Of a stretch of 64,000 nt of DNA, positions 28,537 through 41,180 are shown in pieces; position 1 is the first letter of the stretch; every line of letters starts with the position of its first letter. A program made the translations under genes and the position numbers. The stretch is from the human T2T-CHM13v2.0 reference genome, Homo sapiens. The DNA lies in NCBI RefSeq assembly GCF_009914755.1, contig NC_060925.1; one strand, written 5' to 3'. The notes under the pieces are model-generated. The model did not search any database. It was not told the origin of the DNA and saw nothing but the letters and a program-made list of their open reading frames with translations.

Positions 28537-31447
28537 GTAAGTAACGCAGTTATATATGTTGCTGGAGTTAGGTGGTCTGTTTTCTTGCTATTTTTTTTTT
28601 ACTTTAACTTTTTCAGTTTCCTTTTGAGAAAAGTAAAAATAAAATGCATAAACCATTTCAAAGAAGTTAGGAGGGTCCAGGTTGTGCAAGCTTTCTTCTT
28701 GTTCAATGGACTTGCAGAATACCTAGTTCTATCAGAAGAGACACACAAACTACCGACATAGAAGCTACAAACATCCTCCGGAGGATGGGAATGAAATGGG
28801 TAATAAATGAAGAAGGTTTCTGAACTGACAGTCATTGCTATAATCAGGCTTATTCAGAGTTGCTAAAATATTTGACATTGGCTCATATTAGAATCAAAGA
28901 ACTAAAATGTATTCTCTTTACAGGATCATAAAAATGAAGTTAGCCTGTGGCTTTCAGAGCAGGTTCTTTCTGGCTGCGTAAATGTGAGGGTTTTTGTTTG
29001 TTTGTTTGTTTGTTTGGTTTTGTTTTTTAACTAATGTCAAATGTTGACTATGTTTCCTGTCCATTTCAACTTTTCTTGAGGTCGGACATCTCCCTATTCT
29101 AGAGTACAATGTCTGGTCACTCTTGGGTTGCAGGCCACTGTCTAGTGGAAAGCTAGTCATTGCTAGTTTATACCAGTCAGAGACTTTTCCATCTTTCTGT
29201 GTGAGGGCTTCGTTTAAGCACTTCAATTCCTAAGTATTCAGGGAGGAAAAACAAGTCACTTGAAGACCAAAATCAGTTTATTTCACAAGAGAAAGGAACG
29301 GCTATTTAAAAGATGAAAAATTGAAATTTAAAAATATGATCTGCCTTTTCTTCAAAATCTGAAGTGAGGTTAATTTTGTGTAGGAAGAGTAACATAAGCT
29401 TTCTTGATTAAAAAGCAGTATTTTAGAGGAGGCTTTTAAGATCATAAATCACTTAGGTAAGGTCATCAAAAGAGATGGCTGATATTTTTTATGGTCATTT
29501 GCAACTTTTTAAAAAAAGTCCATACGGTAATGTTAATGCAGCTATTTCTGGCTTCTTAAAACTTGCATAGATTTGGAAGTGGGATTTCTAACAATAAGAG
29601 TCGTGAGTTTTTCTGAGCTATCATTGCCTTTCTCTGTCTATCACATTCATACCTCAGGCAGAGCTACTGTCCCTCCCACCTGTCCACCCTGCCTGTTTCC
29701 CAGCCCCCATCCTTCTCTCTGAGTCTTGGAACATCATGAAAGACTCTTCTGCAGATTTCCTTTTAACATACCCTTCCCAGCCTTGGACAGAGGGAGTACT
29801 GTGAAGCAACATGCAGGGCTGCCAATTTTGGAAATGAATGAGCTTAGTTGATTCCTGAATATTAAATCAGTTCTGTGAGCAGTAGAATGAGATCATATCT
29901 TACAAACCTGACCCAAAGTGTTCCTAACAACTTTATTAATTGGGGTTTAACATCATCAAGGGCTGTAGCACTGGGCACCCGAGGGGATCAGCCTAAACCC
30001 AAATGAAATCCCCAAACTCCACTCGGATTCCTGCTGGCCAAATGCACCTAGGGCCACGCCTTCTAAAATATGTCCTTTGTTATCAAGGGAAATCTGAGAC
30101 AGAAAACACATGTTGGCAGCATCATGTGAGCGCCTCTCTGCACATAAAGTGGTTGTATCACAAGGGGAAAGCTTTCGATCTTGTGCCGTTTTGTTTTGGT
30201 TTCTTGTTTATGTGGACTCTGTTAGACTCCTGCATCTGGAAGAGGCTTGAAGCAGAGTGGAAAACCTAGAGCAAAAATCATGCCGGGGAAAGGAAAATCA
30301 TTAAAAAACAATGACTAAAAACAGAATAATTTTCTTACCCAAATTCCAGTTCTCATCCTTGTTTTGGGTTCCCTGTTAAAGCAGATACCAGTTATAGCCT
30401 TCCTGGGTTAGGGGAGACAGACAGTCTTTCATCATGCCCCTGGATTTTGAGCAAAGGAGAAAGCTTGCTCCAGAAATAGAAAAGAAAAGGCAAAAAGAAA
30501 CCATCTTTCGAGTTTCTGCTCACTAACAGAGGAAGCAACCCCACCCTCCTCCACACCCTCCTCCACCCCCACAGCTTGTGCCTCTCAACTGCCCCTGGTG
30601 GACAGCTCCAACCTGCACCCCCCCCAACCCCGCCGCCCCCTCTAGAATCTCACGTGTTTTCGTGGAGGACCGAGAGTGCTTTTTAGCAGTGAATGAGCAA
30701 AGAGACCAGATATGCTGATACCTGCACATGGTCTTTGAGAGAGGCAGCTGATTGACATCGGGAAAACTGCTGAGCAATTAAAAAAAAATACTAGAGTCAA
30801 GGTGAAAGAAAGGAGAGAAAGAGACAGCGAGAGAGACAGGTGGGTTGTCTCTAAAGTTTCAAGCAAAGTTCTGTGAAGCACCTAGCAGGTCAAAACTGAT
30901 AAGGGCAGATGGTGAAGAAAAGTCTTAAACTGATCAGTGCCTTACACATGGAACGAAGCTTTCATTTCGGCCCGATGTTCTGCCAGAAAGCTTTGCTTGA
31001 GATCCACCGCCAGTGTTCTTGCTTTGCTCAACGATCCCACTATGCTGGTATGTTCTCTCTCTGGACAGCCGTCTTTCTAACAACGGGTGCTGTTCTGAAA
31101 AGCTGGGAGCCCAAGAAATGTTGTAAAAACCAAGTGTGGCCTTCAGCTGTTGGACCCTGAGGAACAGCACCTGCATTAGGGCCTTGCTCACGTTTCTTAC
31201 TAGACAGGTTGCCAGCTCTCATTTTTACCCTTTGTCTGAGCTAATTGGCCTTAGTGTTACATCGGCCCACATTTTTCTCCCTGTAAACTCCATTCCTCCC
31301 TCATTTCATCTACACTGCAGAGAACTCTCAAGCTCCTGGTGAGTTTTGCTGCAAAGCCTGTGGCACGCTGAAAGAATGCACCCCTTCCGAACCTCATCTT
31401 CCCACTTCTTCCACTGGAGACACTGTGGGGGAGAAACATGTAAATAT

Positions 31448-31652
31448 CGTTAATAACAATGCATCGCGTCCTTGAAAATTGCTGCTAAGAGAGTAGATTT
31501 TAAGTGTTCTCACCATAAAAAAGTATGTAAGATAATACATATGTTAATTAGCTCAGTCTAGCTATTCCACAATGTGTACATATTTTAAAACAATGTGTTG
31601 TACATGATAAATATATACAACTTCCACTTGTCAGTTAAAAAATAAAAAATAA
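31448..31652 (+). mobile_element. L1MA-type 3' end
   Basis: gaaaattgctgctaagagagtagattttaagtgttctcacca...tatgttaattagct...ccacaatgt. Confidence 0.85.
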
Positions 31653-31995
<343 letters not shown>

Positions 31996-33773
31996 TTAAA
32001 AAAGAAAATTAAAATAAATTTGGAGAATGACCTGTGAAAAATGCCTCTGCAAGTTTTCCTGACCAGAGGAAGGACTTGGCTTCTCTCCTAGACATTTTTT
32101 CTCGTATCTTCCTCTAGGAGTCAGTGGAAGAGTGGCGATTAGGTAACATCTGAATGTAGTAGAACCCAGAGCTGTTACCTCCATTTGAGCTACTGCTGGT
32201 CATTGCTTGACTTCTATTCTCTCCATCAGTAAAATGCACGCGAAGCTTACCTCATTAGGTTTTTCGAGAATTAAATGAGATAATGCATGGTGCTTAGCTT
32301 AGCGTCTGGCCATAGCCTTGATGTCAATACTGTCCTCATGTTCTCCTGTCAGCGGTAGGTCTGTCTCTCAGACACTTTCCAACAGAGGACCCAGATCCTT
32401 AATGACAGGGGACCTGGGAAGACAGGGAGGCAATGTCACAGAATGGAAAGCGTGCTCGAGTAGAAGTCAAGACCTGGGTGTTTGAGTCCCAGCTCTGTGC
32501 ATAACCATTTGAGTGATCTTAAGAAAATGATCACCCCCTCTTCCATGCTACAGCCCTATAGGGTTTACTCCTTACTCCACCACTCTCCTCACCTTGACTC
32601 GTGCCGGTCCCTCAGCACGACGGGTCCTCCTCCTGGCTGGCTCCTTTCTTCTCTCCTTCTATGAGACTCCCCTGATCCCCTGAGCCCGAGGGTCAGGGCT
32701 TCTCCTCTGCCATCCTATGGCACCTACATCTCTCCACGCTTACCGTGCAGCCATCACTGTCTGCCTTTCCCACTCGACTGTCATCTCTGTCTTAAAGCTC
32801 TGCCTTCGGTGTCAAGACCGGGCAGCACTCAATGAATGTTTCCCGAACGGATACGTAAATGACAGAAGGAATGGATGAAGAGTCCCTGCCCTGCTCAGGT
32901 CTTGAGTGAAGATGAAATGAAATAATGTGTGTGGAAGGCTTGGATGAGTAGAGTGCTGTGCAGTTGCCTTCAGTTTTAAGTTAGTATGAGGACAAAGCAT
33001 TTTTTATACCAATATTTTAGTTGGTTTCTCAGATACTGAGATTCACACATTTTAGTGAAACAAAACAATATTCTCTTTTATACCATCCTTGCAGTGTGGG
33101 CCCATTATTTGTTGTAGAAGCAGGCCAGGCTTTATGTGGGCTAGAACCTCTGATGGTTGAAACTGTGAGCAACAAAACTTTTCATTGCAGAATGACAGGT
33201 AAGATTCTGAAAGCCAGTGGCATGGGAGGGCTCGCTCTGTAACTCGGCTTGGCCCAGGGTATGAATGAGGGAGTTCAGATCCCTGCCTGTGAGGGTGGAG
33301 AAGGGAAAATGGTTTCTAAAAGCAGAGGAGGAAAGAGAAAGAATTATCATGGAGGCAGCATGGTCAGGGAAGGGGCAGAGGGTGTTGCATCTGACAAAGC
33401 TGGGTTTGGATGATAGCCTCATACTTGGGTTTTTGTTGTATCTCATGAGTCCTCTCCCTGGAGGAGTATTTGGATTCTATTCTGCTTCTCCCCTGAGTTT
33501 GTCTTCACGGTGGGACTATCCAGGACTAAAGAGAATGGCACCGTATTGCTCTCTCTTTCTGAACCCAGACTTGCAGGCCATATCTGGATTTATCCTTTTT
33601 ATCAGCAGAATGGTACATTTCCCATAGCAATGCTTGAACTCTGGTCCGTGATGAAGCAAGCTCTTCCATGGTGTTAGAGTCTGTTTTTCCTTCAGAAAAT
33701 GCTATTTGCAGAACGGCAACAACAAAACGTGTAACAGGAATTGTCCGTTCCCATGGCCAGTCCTCATGTAGAG

Positions 33774-33787
33774 CCACAAGATGGCGC
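33774..33787 (+). promoter_or_regulatory. Candidate CTCF site overlapping a YY1-type motif
   Basis: CCACAAGATGGCGC is a near match to the CTCF core CCASYAGRKGGCRS, and AAGATGGCG is the YY1 core; locally retained CpGs. Confidence 0.45.
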
Positions 33788-34490
33788 AGAGGATGACATG
33801 AAATCATGTACGCGAGCGTGATTTGCTACTAGGCAGCTCTGTAGGGCTGTATGTATTGATATCACATGCGTCTATATGAACGCCCCGTTGCAGCTGCCTT
33901 TGCTATACAGTGAATACACTGTGGGTCTATTATTCGCCTCTTCAGATCCAGCCCAGGAGTTGGTGCAGACTCATTTTTCACTTTCCTTTGACCCTGGGTG
34001 TCTCCACAAATGAACCACCTGCTGTGTCTTGGTGGGGGTGGAGATGTGGGGTGAAGTAATGAGCCCGCAAGGCCTGTCTGTGCCTATTGGCTGCTCTAAA
34101 GGGAAGTTGAGGAATACTGCAAAGCCACAAATCTGAGATGTCAGCTCATAAATCTGTAAGCTCCTTGCTTAAGTAATACGCTCCTTGACGGCCAAAACTG
34201 TCATTTGCACATTCTCTTCAGCTGAACACAAAAGTTCCGGTTACCAGACTGTCCCTGGATACTGGGGACTAAAAGCTGGTGATTGGCGGGGTTTGGGGGT
34301 GGGGAGGGGGCGCTGGGCTGATTGCCCTGGCTGCTCCCCACAGCTCCACGGCTGCTGCTTTCACCCCCACCTGACCATGGTCGCAGTGGGGGGCTTTCTC
34401 TTGGTATTTAATTAGTAAGTGTAGGCAAACATTTGCATTGTGGCACTGGGATAGGAAAAGAGTTGAACATGAATATAAAAATGGGGATGG

Positions 34491-34802
<312 letters not shown>

Positions 34803-35276
34803 TTAGCTTTTGGCGACAATGACTAAATCAATACAAATGTTAATCTCTGTTGCATTATGCTTTTGAAACTGTATTGGCAGTTTAGGAAAAATCCAGTCAA
34901 CAGTTTAATATGAAAATAGAGACCTGTAGACCAAATGGAGGGCAGGAAGCAGATATTTGCCACACAAACATTTATTGAGCGCTTAATGTATTATAGGTGC
35001 TGTGTAAAGTTTTGGAGATTCAGAAATGAATCAAAGAGAGGAGTGAACACACAAATTATCCCAACTATAATACCGGTGATAAGCCACAAGGTAGCTCTGC
35101 TAGCACGGAACATATGGAAGAGATGAATAATTCTGCTTCGGAGGGAAGGAGTCATATTAGAGTTGGGTCTAGAAGAATGAGCAGGAGGTGGCTGGGAAGG
35201 GAGGGCGTTTGGGCAGAGGAATTGGCATGATTCTCTGTGTATGCACAGGACCATGAAAGTGAATGGTGTCATGTAA

Positions 35277-35573
35277 TTTTTTTTTTTTTTTTTTGAGAAT
35301 GAGTCTCACTCTATCGCGCAGGCCGGAGTGCAGTGGCACGATCTTGGCTCACTGCAACCTCCGCCTCCTGGGTTCAAGCAATCCTCTGCCTCAGTCTCCC
35401 AAGTAGCTGGGATTACAGACGCCTGCCACAACAATCGGCTAATTTTTGTATTTTTAGTAGAGACGAGGGTTCACCATCTTGGCCAGGCTGGTCTTGAACT
35501 CCTGACCTTGTGATCCACCTGCCTCAGCCTCCCAAAATGCTGAGATTACAGGCGTGAGCCACCGCACCCAGCA
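35277..35573 (-). mobile_element. AluS inserted in an L2 remnant
   Basis: TSD ggtgtcatgtaatttt; L2-like catttattgagc... upstream from about 34965. Confidence 0.93.
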
Positions 35574-36675
35574 GGTGTCATGTAATTTTATTCATATTTC
35601 ATGATGACTAAGACAATGTATTTTTCAGATTCTCAAAACAGGCAATGATTAGTAATAGATCACCTTAAACAGGATGTTATAATGGTGATGAAGACCAATC
35701 ACAGCTGCCTGGAAACAGTAGATCATGGGTCAATAATGGGCCCACACCTGGGTTTTGTTACTGAGTCAACCTACGCTACTTGTTCATGTTGTACCTATTT
35801 ATCTTGAGCTGGTATTAGTATATCCATTTCTAAAAATCCTTGCTTGAGAAGGAAAAACTATTCAGGAGAAAGAAGAGGAGATAAAGTCTAAACAACTTGA
35901 TTTCACTTGAAAAGTCCTAAGTCGTCCCTGGGAAACTATCTATAGTAAAAAGCATGGGATTTTATACCGTGTTTTAGGCAACTGAAAGGCTTTTTTACAA
36001 TTGTAGTAAACACTGACTGCCAGCATTCTGGTACCAGTTACTTTATTAAGGTAAATTCCCAAAACTCACAATAGTGGGAAAAAATACTGATAAGCCTTCT
36101 AAAACACCAAAGAAGTGTAGAACAACATCTTGGATGCTTTTAGTCACGAGTCAGAACGCCGCGGTGGTTACAGAGCAATAGCATTTCAGAGCTGGGAGAG
36201 ACCTTAGAGATCATGTATTTTGTGGATTTTCAAATCTTTGAAGAATGATGTTCTGGGTAAGGAAGCTGCTAAGAGTCCATGAGCTAGTTAGTGAGGACTG
36301 CTACACTCTTACACACTCACTCCCGGATCCCTTTGTGCATGATTTCTGTCATTCAACCAGTGTTCATAAAGCCCTTGTAACATGGAGGATAAATATTTGA
36401 ATAAGATACTGGCTTTACCCCGCAGAAGCTTAGAGCTTTGAAAGGAGGTAAGACATATAGGTAAATAATACACATAGGAAGTTATTTTAAAAATATAATG
36501 AGAGTTATTAGAGTTCAGAAGATGGAAACTTATTTCCTAGTGAAATGGATGACTGTGTCCTGTAATAGAATATTTACTATATTTAGTAACAGATTTATAC
36601 AGTCTCATTTGTTTTAGTTAAGAAGTTTGAGTATCCAACAGAGAAAAAAGGTTAGGTAAAAATTAAGTACAGTGA

Positions 36676-37295
<620 letters not shown>

Positions 37296-37513
37296 TATTT
37301 GGTTTAGCCCATGTTTTTATTTTGAAGAAATGCAGAACAAGTTTAAAATTGAATTGTTGAATTGTTGTCATTAGTTGATAGCCTAATAAGAACATATTGT
37401 TCAAGTACAAGAATATCATTGATTTAATTACCCTGAAAATATAATTTTGAAAAATATCTACATTTTTTAAAAATTAAATTTTCGTAGTGTAAACTAAAAT
37501 TAAATACTCAACT

Positions 37514-37518
<5 letters not shown>

Positions 37519-37550
<32 letters not shown>
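37519..37550. repeat. (GA)n microsatellite
   Basis: Directly visible. Confidence 0.95.
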
Positions 37551-37554
<4 letters not shown>

Positions 37555-37912
37555 TCCCCAGCTAGTCTGGCAGCAAGTGATTTCTAAAGGCCAGAAATAG
37601 GAAAAAAAAAATAATCGAATCAAATTGACTTTTGGAATTGTCCTTATGAAGCACAAGTCTACAACCTTTAACTCATAGAGAACACAGTGAGCATATCTGC
37701 TTTGACTGGCAACTTCAAAAAACCCCTCTCCCAGAGGCTTGGGAAAACACATGTTGGACACAGACTAATGATAATATGGAACAATTATTACAATGAACAC
37801 AATAATTGTATTTGTTTTATGAACATGATAGCCTGAAGAAACCCATACCAAGAAATATTTTACGTGTTGTCATCATTAAGAAGTCAGCAAACCTTAAAGA
37901 CAAACACAATCT

Positions 37913-38043
37913 ATTCATCCATCCATCCATCCATCCACCCATTCATCCATCCATCCACCCATTCATCCATCCATCCATCCATCCATCCACCCATCCATCC
38001 ATCCATCCATCCATCCATCCATCCATCCATCCATCCATCCATT
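37913..38043. repeat. (CATC)n tetranucleotide repeat at the tail of an antisense L2
   Basis: About 30 units followed by L2 3'-end tttattgagtatccact...ctcatggaacttacat. Confidence 0.9.
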
Positions 38044-38434
38044 CTGTAAGTGTTTATTGAGTATCCACTGCATAGCATGCACCATTCCTGGCAGTTAAGA
38101 AAATAAAAGGCCTCACTCTCATGGAACTTACATCAGAAAGGGCAATATTAATGATCAGCCCTGACCACATGCCTTTCCCTATTAATGATCAGCCCGGACC
38201 ACATGCCTTTCCCTTAGGGAACATTGTAGGATGAATGTTCCCTGTGGTCTGAATGTTTGTGTCTCCCTCTAAATTCATAAGCTGAAATCCTAACCCATAA
38301 GATGATGTCATTGTAACATTGTAGGGTGTATTTTAGTTGGTGTGGATATGGAGGCAGAAAAGCAAGGATACTGGTGAACCTGGGGAATGCTTAAGAGGTT
38401 GGACTGTGCTGTACCCGTTAAAAAGCAATAAACA

Positions 38435-38732
<298 letters not shown>

Positions 38733-39239
38733 GCAATAAACAGAATCTCATGCTTCTATACAATAAAAATAACCATCTTCCCTATAGATGATGAAGAGTC
38801 TGTTAATATAATCTGACAGGCTTGTTTTGGAAAATATTTAGATACTTATACATCCAGATATATTCCAAACCATAGCCTTGTAAAACCTCTGAGCTAGCGC
38901 AATCCTTGAGTATAAGTCTACCTCCACCTAGACCAATGTTTCCAAACCATTCTGTGGCTGGGAAGACTGGAAGGACCCCCAGGCTGACCCTGTTGGGAAG
39001 ACATGCAACAAGGCTTACTTCTTCAGTGGTGTCAGTGATTTTGAGCCAGTTCTGACCATCCACTCATCCGTCTGTATTTGTGTAGTGCTCACTATAGACA
39101 AGGCAATTTTGGGGAATGCAGTTGTAGGAAAGATAGACATGGCTCCTGACCTTATGAAATGTTCAGTCTTGTGAGGAAGACACAAATAATTACAGCCCAT
39201 TGTAAGAAGCGGTAAGGTGCTTTTGTACCCTTTTGGTCC

Positions 39240-39545
<306 letters not shown>

Positions 39546-40334
39546 TGGTCCATTTTTCATCTTGACCATGGACCACGCTGGTAGATGCCTGGGGGCATGA
39601 GGGACATAGCAATCAGGCTCTGTCAGCCTTTGTGACCAGCACAACTTATTTCCAGTGCATTAAAGAAAATGATACTGCCTATGCCCAATTTAGATGTGGG
39701 CCAGCTGTGTTAGTTAGCTTAACACAGCATTTTGTTTTGCATATGTATTGATTTTGCGCACATGCTCTCTAAGTGCCTCAGAACACTGCCTACAGCATCC
39801 TGGTGAGGTTGACAATCAGTTGTCCTGTCCCTGTTCATCTGGCATGGGGACACACTGTCAGAGGAGGAACTACCAAGTAAGTAATTGCCTCCAGCACACA
39901 AAAACTGCAGACACATGGTTGACATAAGAATCTAGTTTCAGCTGGTGGTTTTCAGGGCAAAGCAACTGCACTAACAGGAGATTTCCCTGACAGCTGATTT
40001 AAGGCTGTGGAAGACCCCAGTTTATCAGCTCAAATTGAGAATGTCCTTTTTTGACTAGAAACGAGACCCTCCCAGCCAACTGCACAACCAAAACTTATAT
40101 TCAGGATGTCCAGGACCTGAAACTGACATGGGAGTCAATATTCTACAGCCAGTTGTGGTGTCGACAGGGTCTGGGGGAAATCTTCAGAGCTGACTTGTGA
40201 TGTAGCAGGGCTTACAGCAAAGGCATCCCTTTCACCTTGCTCTTTAGGATTCATATTCTAAGAAGCTGCTAAGAAAAAATGTCTAAACGGAGACACTTAG
40301 GATATAGTTTTCATATTAATGTTTTATTTTAACA

Positions 40335-40580
40335 ATAATGGGAGCAAACACCTACCAGGTGTTTACTCTGCGTCAGGAACTGTTCTGATAATCTTATTTG
40401 AACTTTGCAACAATTCCATGAGGCTAGCTACTCTTACCATCCTGTTTTACAGCTGGGGAAACTGTGGCACAGGAAAGTTAAGGAACTTGACCATGGCCAC
40501 AGAGCTCTGAGTGTCAGAAAGAAGATTTGAAACCACACAGTTGGCTTCGCATCCTGTACGCTTGACTATTTCTCTTTTCT
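40335..40580 (-). mobile_element. MIR SINE
   Basis: ctgttttacagctggggaaactgtggcacagg...gatttgaaacc. Confidence 0.75.
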
Positions 40581-40818
40581 GCCTCTCTTGGGAGAACTCT
40601 GAAATACTAAAGTACTATATTACTAAATAAATGCTTGCTAAAGCATTTATTTGGTCCCATATTCTCAATTTACACAATTCTTTTCTCCAATCACATTTCA
40701 TTTTAGACTTTATGAGCCCTGTTGAAGTCATCAGCTTAAAAGTGCCCTTGAGCAATTCTCTACTCTAGATTGAGTTAAACAGAGTATCTGTAGATAATCT
40801 AGAATCACAGACAATACC

Positions 40819-41180
40819 TGTCTTAGTTCCTTTGGGTCGTTATAACAAAAATACCATAGTCTAAATTTATAAACAACGGAAGTTTATTTTGTACAGTTCT
40901 AGAGGCCGAGAAGTTAAAGATCAAGAGACCATCAGGTTCAGTGTCTGGTAAGGGCCCACTCTGGTTCACAGATGGTGCCTTCTCGCTGTGTCTTCACATG
41001 GCAGAAGGGGCAAACAAGCTCCCTGGGCTCCTTTTTTAAGGGCACTAATCCCATTCACCAGGGCTCCACCCTCATGACCTAATCACCTTCTAAATGCCCC
41101 ATCTCCAAATACCATCATCTTGTGGGTTAGGATTTCAACTTATGAATTTAAAGAGGGACATAAACATTCAGACCACAGCA
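40819..41180 (-). mobile_element. MLT1A-type (MaLR) solo LTR
   Basis: tgtcttagt...tataacaaaaatacc...ggcactaatcccattca...ctcatgacctaatcacct...aaacattcagaccacagca. Confidence 0.88.

Noticed and set aside
33191-33198. Possible 8-nt microexon (cattgcag|AATGACAG|gtaaga)
   Set aside because: Short pyrimidine tract and frameshifting; such donor matches are common in 64 kb
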